This document shows, piece after piece, positions 13,188-26,973 of a stretch of 64,000 nt of DNA. The DNA comes from Sminthopsis crassicaudata. Taxonomy: Eukaryota. Position numbers and translations under genes: made by a program. The stretch covers positions 59,864,478 to 59,928,477 of the forward strand of contig NC_133618.1 in the NCBI RefSeq assembly GCF_048593235.1. Direction: 5' to 3'. The notes beneath the pieces were generated by a model, which was not told the origin of the DNA, made no database searches, and saw only the letters and a list, made by a program, of their open reading frames with translations. The first letter of the stretch is position 1. Each line of letters begins with the position of its first letter.

Positions 13188-16100
13188 CACAAGCAAGATT
13201 GTGCTTAGGAAGATTGTTTTGTGAGCTATATGAAGGAGTGCCTAGAGTGATGGGAAAATGAAGCAAGGAGACGGGGAATGAGGATGTGTGAGGGCCTGAA
13301 TGACAGTTCTGATGATGTTAGCAGCCTGGGGTCAAGTTGAAAGAATAGAATTCTTGAGCCTAGTCAGCTTGGAGTGAGAGAGTGAGAAAAGAGTCAAAGA
13401 TGACTATAAGTCTGAGGGTTGGGGGAGGGGTGTGCTGTTAGGGAGTACAGGCGAGTCAGGAGCCTGAGCAAGTAGAAGGGAAAAAATTGTTTTAGTTTTT
13501 CATCTGGGATAGCTGACTATTGAACTCAGAAAAGGGGGGGAAGGGTCAAGCTATCAATCCATACATAAGCATCCCTCCAGGCCACATATTTGCTCAGTTT
13601 TCAAATTTATTTTCAAAGGTAATCCTCTCTAGGATTTATCGCACTTTTATTTGTTTCTGTTAACACTCCCCAGTTACATTTTAATCTGTTGTGGCCTGGG
13701 TTCACTCTGTGGTGATGTAAGAACAATGACAGCCCACTCCTTGCCCTTGCTCTCAGCGCTTCCTAAAAGGCCGGCCGGCTTTCATCCAACCTGCAGAGAG
13801 ATTAGTACCTAAATTAACCAGGAGGTGGTGCTGCCATTCGGTCCCCAAACTAACAGGTTCTTCAAAGACCTCAGTTTATTGACTTTCTCAAAAGCTGCAA
13901 TCCCCTCCTGCTCACCAGAGAGTGCTCAACCTACACTCATCCAGCCGCCACCACCCAACCCTGCCATGCCCTCTGCTACCCAGAATAGCTCACACAGCCT
14001 GTGGCACTCAGGACTCTGATGTAGACTGTTCTAATATTACCCCACAAAAGAAATAGCTCTGCTCTAGGCCCTCCTCCTGCCTTTAGGAAATCTTTTTTCA
14101 TTCTTCCAACTTCATAAGACTTCAAGGATTGATTAAAGTCACTATAAAAACATTGTACTAGAATAGGGGAAAAAATAATGAAACAATATCAAAACTATTA
14201 AAAAAAAAAAAAAAAAAAAAAAGCTTCTTTGCCCTAGCTATTTCCATTTCCCCACCTCTTCACCTTTGGTAAGTGGAGAGGAAGAAGGAAGGCAATGGGT
14301 TATACATTTGGAACTTACACAGTTCTGCTGGGAGATCTGGGGACTAGAGCTGCCTCCTGTTCAGTTTTAGGTAACCCTCAGTCAAGTTTAGTTTTGGTCC
14401 AATTCGGTTTCCACTTCAAAAGATCCCATTCTGCTGATCCTGCACTGCCCCAGATCTCTGCCAAGACCCTCACAGTTTTCCAGGTTCTGTCCCAGCTTTT
14501 CTTTTGCTATCTGCATCTTGGGCTACTATACCCTCCTCATCAAGAGTTTCCAATCTCAGAAACCTCCCTTCCAGCCCTAGGAAAGGAAAAGAATATTGGT
14601 AAACCAATCATCTCTTCATAGAGAAAGGAAAAAGAAAATTGGAGGATTTAGGGAATCCTTTGTGCCTACTTACAGCTGCTCCTTACTTTGTCAGGTAACT
14701 TCCCCCAAGTTGGTAGAGCTATTGGATGAGGAAGGGGGAGCCATATATATGCTGAGTTTGAAGTTCCCACTGGGCATCCAGATGGAAATTTTCAGCTTGT
14801 AGTTGGAAATGCCAGACTGGAGTTGTGGTGAGATATTAGAACTAGATAAATAGTTTGGGAATTGTCGGCAAGGCAATAATAATTCAGCTTTAAAACATTC
14901 TGGAGAAGATTCCTGCAGCCCCACCTTCCTCTAAAGTGTTGTTCAGTCAAGTCTAATTCTTCATTTGGGTTTTTCTTGGCAGAAATACTGGGGTTGTGTG
15001 CTATTTCCTTCTCCAGCTCTCTTAACAGATCAGGATACCAAGGCAAACAATAAAATGACTCACCTTGGGTCATAAGTGTTTTGAGACCATATCTGAATTT
15101 GGAAATCTGTCTTTCTGATTCTTATGCCCACCACTCTTTACCCACCTAGATGACCCCTTCTGTTATAATCCATGACTTTACCCTCAGCAAGGATATTTCT
15201 ACTCTGTGATCCTGAGAAAGGCTCAGAGAAAAGGCAAGCTCAAGTAAACAAATATTTGTAGAACATCTACTATGTGCTGAAACTCAGAAAAGGGAACAGA
15301 TCCATAGGAATTAGAGTAAATGATAGATCATGACCTGAGAACACAAAATGTTAGAACTGGGAAGAATGTAAAAATACAGAATATTATATCCTAGAATTCT
15401 TAGATCTGTTTAAATGCTAACTTGTTGGATCTGGAGAGAACCTTAGGAATCACTCCTAAAATTTATTATCTGTTATATTCAAGAGTGCCTTTTGCCAAAA
15501 GATTGAGTAACTTTACATTTCTCAATGATCCTAAACTTATCTCCTAAACAAAACCCCATCTTTTAAGTACTACTATCCTGCCATCTTTGTATAATTGTGA
15601 GTTATGGATCCAAAAACTAAAAATGAGTATCAGAGGCAATGAGAGGCAGAAGATGGATGTGGGCAAGTTGTAACCAAGGCATTACAAATAAGGGATTGCA
15701 GAGGAGAACTGGAATGAAGTATGGTCATCAAAGAAATGCATGTTTTAAAAAATGGAGGAGTAAGTAACTTATGGGCACTCTGGGGGCTTCACTATTTGCA
15801 ATATTGAACAGGCTTCCTGTATCCTTATGAGAAGACATAGGCCAGAGCAGCCAACATGAATGAGTTGCAGTCTACATTATTGAAAGAGGAAAAAACACAT
15901 CTATGAGACCATAAGCCCTTTTGAGAATTTTACTATATGCAAAGAAGGCTCTGTGCTAAGTGATAAAAATTCAGAGATGAAAAAATAGCATGATCTTTAC
16001 CTACAAGAAACTTCCCAACTAATGGGCCAGGGAGAAGGCAGCAAGATTCATACCAGTAACTATGATAGAGTAGAATGTGATAAGGGAAAAGGAAGTATTT

Positions 16101-16813
16101 AAACAAAATACTGTAAGAATTGTGGCAGCCTTCATTCCTATTTTACAGAGGAGGAAAATGAGTCCCATTTGTTGTTTAGTTGTTGTTCAGTCCGGTCTGA
16201 CTCTTCTGGACCCTATTTGGGTTTTCATTTGGCAGAAATACTGGAGTGATTTGCCATTTTTTTCTCTCCCATATTTTATAGATGAGAAACAGGTAAATAG
16301 GGTTAAGTGAATATTTGTGTGTGTGTGTGTATAGAGATATATAGAGTTCAAGGAGGACTAGTACCTCTGGTGTGAAAGCTTGCTGAGCCCTTTTCAGAGC
16401 TACTCATTCGCTTTGGTGTCTACCTGTCATTCAACTCTCAGGACTCTAAGAAGCTGAAGCATGTGTAGTGACCATATCTTGGTAAACCATCTTGGCAGTT
16501 GGGTCAAATTAGGTTGAGGATAACCAGTGTGTTTCATACCCATTGGTGAGTTAAGAGGAGTATCTTATCTGCTCTACAGGAAAAAACAATTGATTCTGAT
16601 AGCCATAAATAGGCTCTGTTGGAGCATTTAGCATTTGATCAAACATCAAAGATGCATCTCAAGCCATCGACAGTCATTTTGACCTTTGTCTTACCAGTGA
16701 ATTTCAGTGACTCTAGAAGAGAGTATGAGGCTAATGACTTTGGGCAACTCTCCCTCATTTAAATCCAATTCAGGCACATCGAGACATTACCCCCTTGATG
16801 TCATTGGTCCTAG

Positions 16814-16849
<36 letters not shown>

Positions 16850-19800
16850 CACACACAAGCTTTCCTAGATCCATAAAGCTACTTAGCAGCAGAACAAAGA
16901 CTAATATCACCATAATTAAAGACTTGAGCAGAGACTTTGGGCAGATTTTAAAAGATAATGAAAAGTGGATGCCTTGTAGACATCTTAAATTAATCAGATC
17001 CCAAATTGAACACAGTATTTTTCCCCCTAAATCTTCCCCATTTTCTAACTTTTCCTGTTCCTGTGGAGGCCCTGCCATGCTCCTAGTCTCGAAACCCAAG
17101 TGTTATTCTCTACTTCTCTCTCTCTCCCCATATCTAGTCTGCCTCCAAATTCTTTCTGCTTTACTTTTGTGGCATTTCTCATCTATAATGCCCTCTCATC
17201 TCTGACTCTGCCACAGCTGTGGTGCAGACCCCAATCACCTCACACCTGGGCTGTTACCGTGGCTGGATCTCACTGCCTGCTGTCTATCCCCTCTACACTC
17301 CTTATCCACTCAGTGGCCAAAGTCATTTCCCAAAGCCTAAGTCATTCCACCCCCATTCAGTAAGCTTCCTTGGCCCTCTTTTTCCTCGAGGATCAAATAT
17401 AACATCTTGTGTTTTACTGTTAAAGCCCTTTGTAACCTTTCCTTCTGTTCTACTCTTATTGCAACTCTCTGCACTCTGTCTAGTCCAATCCAATGATACT
17501 GGTGTCTTCTGTTCTTTGCACAAGACCTTCAATTTCCAACTTTTGAGTAATTTCAGTGGTTTTCCCTCATGGCCAGAATGCTTTTTTTCCTTATCTTTAC
17601 CTTGTAGCTTCCTTTAAATCTTCAGTAAAATTCCTCTTCCGCAAGCTTTCCTCCAAACCCTTAATATTAATGCCTTCCCTCTGAAATTATTACCTCTTTG
17701 TTCTGTCCAAATTTTGTTTGTACCTTGTTGTTGGGTAGCTAGGTGGTACATACAGTACTGGGCTTGGAGTCAGGAAGACTCATCTTCCAGAGTTCAGATC
17801 TCACTCATACTATCTGTGTGACCCTGAGAAAGTCATTTCACCCTCATCTGTAAAATGAGCTGAAGAAGTAAATGGCAGACTACTCCAGTATTTTTGCCAA
17901 GAAATGTGGTCATGAAGAATCAGACATGATTGAAATGAGTGAATACCAACACCAAGTTGTTTGCATGTAGTTTCCCCCATTATATTGTGAGGTAGAGAAT
18001 AAAGACTAGCCTGGTATATAGTAAGAGCTTCATAAATTTTTGCTGATTTCAGAAATGAACAGGGTATTCTAGGGAAGAGGAATAGCATGAACACAAGCAT
18101 AGTATACTCATGGGACACTTTTTTCCTTTTGGTTTGGTTCTGTGTCTACCAAGCCATCTGTTAGGACTTGTAATTATCTTTTTTTTTTATTTTTTTAAAT
18201 TAATTTTTATAATAACATTTTCTTTGACAATACATATGCATAGGTAATTTTTTTACAACATTATCCCTTGTACTCCCTTCTGTTCCGAGTTTTTCCCCTC
18301 CTTCCTTCCACCCCCTCCCCTAGATGGCAGGCATTCCCATACATATTAAATATCTTATAGTATATCCTAGGTACAATATATATGTGCAGAACCGAATTTT
18401 GTTGTTGTTGCAAAGGAAGGATTGTATTCGCAAGGTAAAAATAATCTGGGAACAGAAACAAAACAAAACAAAACAAAAAAAAAAAAAAACAATGCTCACA
18501 GTTTACACTCATTTCTCAGTGTTCCTTTTCTGGATGTAGCTGATTCTGTCCATCATTGATCAATTGGAATTGGATTACTTCTTCTCTATGTTGAAGATAC
18601 CCACTTCCATCAGAATACATCCTCATACAGTATCATTGTTGAAGTGTATAATGATCCCCTAGTTCTGCTTGTTTCACTCAGCATCAGTTGATGTAAGTCT
18701 CTCCAAGCCTCTCTGTATTCCTCCTGTTGGTCATTTCTTACAGAACAATAATATTCCATAACATCCATATACCATAATTTACCCAACCATTCTCCAATTG
18801 ATGGACATCCATTCATTTTCCAGTTTCTAGCCACTATGAAAAAGGCTGCCATAAGCATTTTGGCACGTACAGGTCCCTTTCCCTTTTTTAGTATTTCCTT
18901 GGGATATAAGCCCAGTAGTAGTATGGCTGGGTCAAAGGATATGCACATTTTGATAACTTTTTGGGCATAATTCCAGATTGCTCTCCAGAATGGTTGGATT
19001 TTTTCACAACTCCACCAACAATGCATCAGTGTCCCAGTTTTCCCACAGCCCCTCCAACATTCATCGTTATTTGTTCCTGTCATCTTAGCCAATCTGACAG
19101 GTGTGTAATGATATCTCAGAGTTGTCTTAATTTGCATTTCTCTGATCAATAGTGATTTGGAACACTCTTTCATGAGTGGAAATAGTTTTAATTTCATCGT
19201 CTGAAAATTGTCTATTCATATCATTTGACCATTTATCAATTGGAGAATGGCTTGATTTCTTATAAATTAAAATCAATTCTCTGTATATTTTGGAGATGAG
19301 GCCTTTATCAGAACCTTTAACTGTAAAAATGTTTTCCCAATTTGTTACTTCCCTTCTAATCTTGTTTGCATTAGTTTTGTTTGTGCAGAAACTTTTTAAT
19401 TTTGTGTAATTAAAATTTTCTATTTTGTGATCAATAATGGTCTCTAGTTCTCCCTTGGACACAAACTCCTTCCTCCTCCACAAGTAGGACTTGTAATTGT
19501 CAATTTTTATTGAGAAAATTATGGAAATAGGGGTAGAATAGCTTACTAGAGGGAATGCTAGACTTAGAGACAATAAAGTCCTGGATTTGAATCTAATGAC
19601 ATTTACAGGCTCTGTATTATTATAGGCAAATATTTACATATCACATTCAGTTATGTGTAAAATGGGGAAAAGATTGTCTAGTGCTAAAGATGAAAGTGAG
19701 AGTAGGTAAGGTACTATATAAATGACAGCTATTATTAAATAAAAGGCTTTTCTTTTCAAATTCCTTAGTTGTGGGACACAGAATAGGGAGGAGATCTGAC

Positions 19801-22800
19801 AGGTGTCAAAGGTTGGCTTTAAACAAGAGTGGGAGACACGGCTAGAGAATGCTCAGACCACATTAAAAGCCATCCTGAGTTAGGACTTTTTAAAGACAGA
19901 AGGAACTATTTCAGGTTTTTAGGGGGAAATGTGATACAATGAAAGAAAGATTAATCTTGTAGTAGTTACTATGACACAAGTCAGGGAGAAGGTAGTCTGG
20001 GAAACCAGAAAGTTATGAAGAAACAGGTGATAAGAACCAGGAAAGGAGGACTTTCTCAAGAATTCAGCTTAAGAAATAGACATTAATTAGGTATTTACTA
20101 GAGAGATCTGCATGGCAGAAGGGAGAAATAGAGTTAAAAAAAAAATCTTCCTAAGTGCAAATCCAGCCCCAGACACTTACTGGCTATATGACTCCAGACA
20201 AGTTATTTCACCCAGTTTCCTCATTTGTAAAATGAGCTGGAGAAAGAAATGGCAAACTGCTTTAGTAGTTTTTGACAAAAAGCAAAACAAAGCAAAAAAA
20301 AAATCCCAAATAGGGTCACAAAGAATTGTATACAACTGAAATGACTGAACAACAAAGGCATTTATTACATGTGAGGTACCATATTAAGTACTAGGAATAT
20401 AAAAATGAGAAATTCTGCCCTCAAGCTTTCAAGTGAATGGAATAAGTGGACACAAGTTAAACATCAGATAGAATTAATAAAAGTAAAAGAAAAGTCTAAC
20501 ACTGGGAAATGAGTGTAAACTGTTATTTTTACCTTCTGAATCCAATTCTTCCTGTGCAACAAGAAATTTGGTTCTACACACATATATTGTATCTAGAATA
20601 TATTGTAATATGTTTAACATGTATAAGACTGCCTGCCATCTGGGGGAGGGGGTTGGGGGAGGAAGGGAAAAAATCTGAACAGAAGTAAGTGCAAGGGATA
20701 ATGTTATAAAAAATTACCCATGCATATGTACTGTCAAAAAAAAAAGTTATAATTATAAAATAAAATAAAAATTAAATAAAAAAAAAAGAAAAGTCTAGAC
20801 AATGTTATAAGACATGACCGAATAGGAAATTGAGATATAGTATCAGTATTTGGATGTAAGAATTAAAACTCAAAAGAGTTTTCATGCTCTTGTTATCTTG
20901 TATTATTTTTTATACTTGTCTTGCTTCCTCAACTAAGTTGCAAACTAAAAAGACTGGGATCTTGTCTTAAATCTCTTCGTATCTTTCCCAAACAACGTAG
21001 TGTCTTACACAGAGTAGGCATTCAAAAGATATATTATTCAAGAGAAATTTGCTGATAAAATAGAGAAATAGAGACCTCTTCTGAGGAACAGGAGAGAGCT
21101 GAGGAATTCCATCTTCATTGATAAATTAAGTGTCAGAATCGAGCTAGCTTCTCAGCATTTGGACTCCCATGACATTCCATTTTCCCTTCTATGCCATTGC
21201 CAGGTCATTCCATGCAAGTTCTAAAACTAGAGAATGCTAGAATCTGAGTTAGAAGAGATCTTAGGAATCTGATCTCCTGATTGAGAAGAAATGCACTTCA
21301 TAACAACATCCCCAACAAGATGTCCTTTAGTACTATGATTTCCCAGACGAGTCCACTCCCTTGTCTCATATTTTTGGATCTTTTTTATGATTAACCCTAA
21401 TCTCTGTATGATACCATTTAAGTCTCATTCTTATTTTTTCTTTCTTTAGAGGAGTTGGAAAACAGTTGCTTATCAAGCTTCTCAAAATAGTCTTTCAGAG
21501 ACCAAATAATTTATTCATTTGGTTATCTCTCCAATCCTCTCTAGCATCCTAAAAAACTTGTCTTCCCAGGGTATAGTAAACCCAGATTTTTTTTTAAACA
21601 ACAACATTTTACTGATAAATTATTTTTATATCACCCATATTTCCCATTGTATCATTTTACCTTCTCCCAGAGAGTCATCCTTTAGAGTAAAGAATAAAAG
21701 GGGGAAAAAATCAGCAAAATTTATCAGCATGTTGAAAAGGTTACACACAATGTTCCACACCAATGATCCCTGACCTCTGCAAGGAAGGGAATAGGAACAT
21801 ATCTTCCATCCAGCTTTTAAAAAATTAAACGTTTACTAGGTAAAAAAAACACAGTTTGAGGAAACTATGGAGATAAGAAGCTAAGACAAGGAGCCCACAT
21901 TTTAGTAAAGGACACAAAAGACAAGCAGATTTTATAATATGCTTTGTAAGGTGGTAAGAGGTTTAGAGAAGAGCTAGGGAAAGCTTTGAGGAGGGAAATA
22001 GATCTTTGAAAAAAAAAGGACATTTAAATTTGGGGAGATTCTTAAAGATCCCTTAGTTCAATTCTTATTTTATAGATGAGAAAAGTTATCCCAGCCCTTT
22101 TCAAGCCTTTCATTGGAATACCATTTTATAGCTCTCTTCTGTTGACTGGAAGAAAAAATTTATAGCCCTTGGCTGCTCTGCTCAACTAATTTAGTCTATG
22201 GTCATAGATTTCAAGCACTTCCTTCCCTTCCTCCCTTTTGTCCCTTAAAAAATATGCTCTACTGCTTTTTTGCCGATTCAGGCTCAGCTTGTGGTATTAT
22301 GCTGCTCAACTGTCCTCTGTTCCACCTCCCATCTTATGGCAAAGGCTCTATGCATGGTCCTTTCGAATGAATTCAAATCAACAAATATTAAGGGCTTGTT
22401 GTGTGCAAGGAACTGTTGTCAGCTACTGATGGATACAAAAGCACACCCACAAAAAAGAAATAATCCCTTGATTTTAAGGTTTCATTCTAACTAGGGAAAC
22501 AACATGAATATAGTCAAGTAAAAACAAAGTGATTTCAAGATTGAGAGAGTACTAATAACAACTGGAGGGATCTGTGGCTCCCACATGGAGGCTAGAGATG
22601 AAATATTTCATAAGGAAAAAAGCTAGCAGGCCAGTTTGCCTGGAATGAGGAATACGTGAAGGAGGGTAATAGAAAGTAAGCAACAGATATATTGGGAAGT
22701 ATTAAATGTCAGACTATAAATTTTGCATTTTACACTAGAGGCAACAAAGTCACAGAAGGTTTTTATTTTTAATTGGAGATTGACATGTTCAGATCAGCAT

Positions 22801-25800
22801 ATTAGGAATGTCAATTTGGTAACTCTTCAGAAGCTGATTTAGAGAGGAGAAAATAGGGAATTGGGGTTAGAATTTGAGATAAAAGATAATGAGTTCAATT
22901 TTGAATATGTTGTATTGAAAATATCTAGAAGACATCTGGTCTATGATGTGGCAATAGGCAATATGCCCTAACTGGAGGTTAGGGCTGCATAAGTTGATCT
23001 AAGATTAATTAGCATAATGATGACAATGGAAGGTATGGGAACTGACAAGATCAGAGCGTGAAATATTACTGAGGGAGAAAAGAAGAGGGGCCCCTGAGAA
23101 CACCTGCAGTTAGTGAGCATGACCTATATAAAGATCCAGCCAGGGAGATTGAGAATTGGAGAGAGTAGTGTTACAGAAACCTAGAAGAAGAGAGGATCAA
23201 GGAGAAGAAAGTGATTGACAATGGTAAAAGTTGCAGAGAATTCCAATATGTTTAGAAGGAAAATGCCATCCTCATCCAGAGAGAGAACTATAGAGATTGA
23301 ATGTGTATCAAAGCATAGTATTTTCACTTTTTTTTTCTTGTGATTTTTCTCCCTCTTGTTTTGATTTTTTTTGCACAATATGACAAATATGGAAATGTGT
23401 TTAAAAGAATTGTACATATTTAACATTGTCAAATTGCTTGTCTTTATGGGGGGGGGGAGGTAAGGGAAGAAAAAAAATTGAAACACAAAAGTCTTCCAAA
23501 AATGAATGTTGAAAACTATCTTTACCTCTATTTGGAAAAATAAAATACCATTGAAAAAAAATTTAAACAGTTGAAGAGAAATCAAGAAAAATGAGAATTG
23601 AATAAAAGTCATTAGATTTAGTGACTAAGATCATTGGTAACTTTGGAGAAAGCAGTTTCAGTGAAATGATGAGGTCAGGAGTCAGATTATAGAGAATTAA
23701 AAAGAGTGGGAGGGAGGCATTATCTAGAGACAGCCTTTTTGAGTTCAGCGATAAAAGGGAGAAGAGATATGGGAAAGTAGTAAGGACAGATAAAGTGAGG
23801 GTTTTTTGAGGATAGGGGAGAGATGGAAATGTTTGTAAGCAGTTTGTAAGGCCTACAATTAACTCAGGAAGAAAGTTCAAGATTATATTCAGTTATTTCT
23901 CTCCCACACTATATATTATACCAGATTTTTTTCCCCTTGGAAGGAGTTGTTAGGAGAGAGAACAATGGTTTCCAACTTAGGGGCCACAGAGTTATTGCAA
24001 TGTGTCTAATCCACCAGCAGGTATTTATAACTCTTATCATATGGGATGCTGCAACTATATGGCCAGTCATTGATCCCTCCCTCTGCCTTGTATCTGCATA
24101 TCATGGGAGTTAACCAGGTCTTCTGAGTTCATTTCTTATGTAATGTAGTGTTGTAGTTAATTATGTTTGATTGTTTCCATTCAAATTCTGCATATCCTCT
24201 GTCACCAAAGATCCCCAGATCTAAACATCTGTTCCATTCCACTGTTGTTTTCCCCTAGATGCTGTCTTATATATTGAGCTTCCTCCCTCTGTCGGATCAG
24301 AAAGAGGCTTCTCTGGTGAATCGAGCCTGGTACTATGCAGCCCAGATTGCTATTCGGGAGGTAATGAATCTTTAAAGTTTGAAAGAGTCTCACAAGTCAT
24401 TTAGTCCAACCTCTGTCTGAAACAGAAATAATCTCTATAACATCCCTACTAACTTGTCACCCAGGCTCTAATAACAAGGAACTCACCACTCCCAAAGAGA
24501 CATAGAATGATCAAAGTAGTAGAAGGAAATATTGTTTAATTTTTTTTCATCTAATAAAAAAACCTATTTTTGCTTCCTTCTAAGTCCCTCTACTATTGAA
24601 AAAAGGAAGAAAAGCAAATCTCTTGTAGCAAACATACCTACTCAGGTAAAGCAGATTCCCTCAGTGGCCAAATCAAAAAAAAGTCATTCAGCATCCTTAA
24701 TCCTTTACCTCTTGGACAGAAACATGCTTCCTCTGGAAATAATAGTTTTCGAATTGAAAGGAATTCTTAAATCTTTTTAACTGGTTAGTCTTTTCAATAT
24801 TGTTACTCCTGGTTCTGCTCATTTCTCTGCATCATATTGTATTCGTCTTGCATTTCTCTGAAACCTTTTTTTTTTTTTTTTAACCATTTCTTATGGCAGA
24901 ATAATATTTCATTACATTCATATTCCATTGTATATTTAGCCATTCCCCAGTTTATGGGTACTCTCAACTCTATAAATATTTTTGTACATATTGATTATTT
25001 TTCTTTTTTACTTGGATTCCTGAAGTTTAAGTCTCCTGGTGGTATCATTAGGTCAAAAGAACTGAAACCTTTAATAACCTTTTGGAGACATTTCTATCTT
25101 GCTTTCCAGAATGCCTACGCCACTTCACAGCCGGGGAAAGGAAATGTACAGATCGTCTGGTCCAATTTACTAATTTTACAGAATTAAAAAAAAAAAGAGA
25201 CTCTGTTCTCAAGATCACACAGATAGTATTTGAGCTGGCTTCAAATCCAGAGCTCTCCCATTATGTTCTTTTATTTCCCTGTGTTTTCCTTTTCAGGACA
25301 GTTCTAATTGTTAGGAAATTCCTCATTATATTGAGCTGAAATCATTAATCCTTGTAGAGTCCCTTGGGACTAAAAATTAAATTTACTCTTTTTGAATGGC
25401 AATCCTTCAGCTATGTGGACAACATAATCTGTGCCCTCCTGAGGTTTGTCTTTTCCAGCTAAATATATCCCCAAGCAGTAGATTTGGTTTTGAGTCTTTA
25501 CCAGAAAGGAGAACCTTTGGTCTTCATCATCCTCTTTACTATTGATCTCAGAATAAAAGGCTTGCACATGGGAGACCTGAAAATAGAACTTGTGGATCCT
25601 GTCTCCCCACCTGCTTCTTGGGGTCCCAGCCTATAAATATCCTAACCAAAGTTCCCCAGAGCAGAGGCCTGTGGGCTGTCAGTTAGTCCACAACTGTTAC
25701 TTGGGGAGCAAACTCGGGTCACCTGGGTACATAGCTTACCCTAGCACCCAAGCTGGAAACTTTCGGGCACCTGGATGGGATTTCTGCTGAACTGAGCTGG

Positions 25801-26887
25801 CCCCTTTGATGATTCGCTTTATAGCCATAGGCTGCTTGCTGGTTTCAGATATGCCAACCTCGGATATCTAATGTTGTTATCACCTATATTTCTACTCAAT
25901 TGTTTCCTCTTTGAACTGGGACAAGATAAGGATAGTACTGCTAGACAAGGGAAGGAAAGAGAAGCACTCAAACTCCAGCTAGGACCTTTCTAGAGACCAA
26001 GAGGTGTGATGGGACTGCTGGCTGAGCTGAAAGACTCTTCAGTAACACTTGTAGCACCAACATTTTATACACCCACACTTACCTAAAAATGTAATTACAA
26101 GGTCATGCAACTTGTCTGTGTCGTATTTAGTCTGGACTCTTCAAAATGAGCCATTTGTAGCTCTTTAAAAGATTATTTCTTGATTATTTTAGCTTCTTCA
26201 TGCCTCATTTTGCTCCTCTTTATATTAAGTAACTTGTACTAGATTGAACTAAAAAAAAAAAACATCCCAGTTTTTAAATTCCACTTTCTAAGGTACTTTT
26301 TATTACTTCTCCCTGCCTCTCATCTCTTCACTAATCCCCACTGCAGGTGGAAGTAGGCTATCTCACCAAATAGTAAAGCCCCCGGCTGAGAGAGAGCACA
26401 GCTGGCTCATCCCCTTCTCAGAGTATTTGCTATTCTTCTTAGGCTTTGTAAGCTTCTTGGTATTCTTCTGCTGCTTTATTCAGGCCAAGGATGATGAGCC
26501 CATCCATGACCAGAGAGGCCTGTTGTGTGCCTTATCAACACTTATGACATTCAAAGATGACAAAAGGATTCAAGGTATAGAAGAAACCCTTCTCGAATTA
26601 AAAACTGGTAAACCACATATGGATAAAAGAAAGAATGAACTATTTTAAAAGGTTTTTTATTTTTCGGTTAATTTTAAAAATTAATTTTTTTCATCTGTTC
26701 TCACTATTGAGCAAAAAAAAAATTTTAGTGAAAAATAAAGACAGGGGCAGCTAGTGGCATAGTGGATAGAGTAGCAGCCCTGAAGTCAGGAGAACCTGAG
26801 TTCAAATTTGACCTCAGACACTTAACACTTCCTAGCTGTGTGACCCTATGCAAGTCACTTAACCCCAGTTGCCTCAGCAAAAAAGAA

Positions 26888-26973
<86 letters not shown>

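Noticed and set aside
26427-26648. 73-aa ORF with a signal-peptide-like start
   Set aside because: Short, TTG-initiated, in repeat-rich intron, with no splice or promoter support and no recognisable family.
26744-26880. tRNA gene suggested by A and B boxes (also at 31318, 52570, 57078)
   Set aside because: No cloverleaf; the boxes are followed by a CORE-type body and an A tail, so these are SINE heads.
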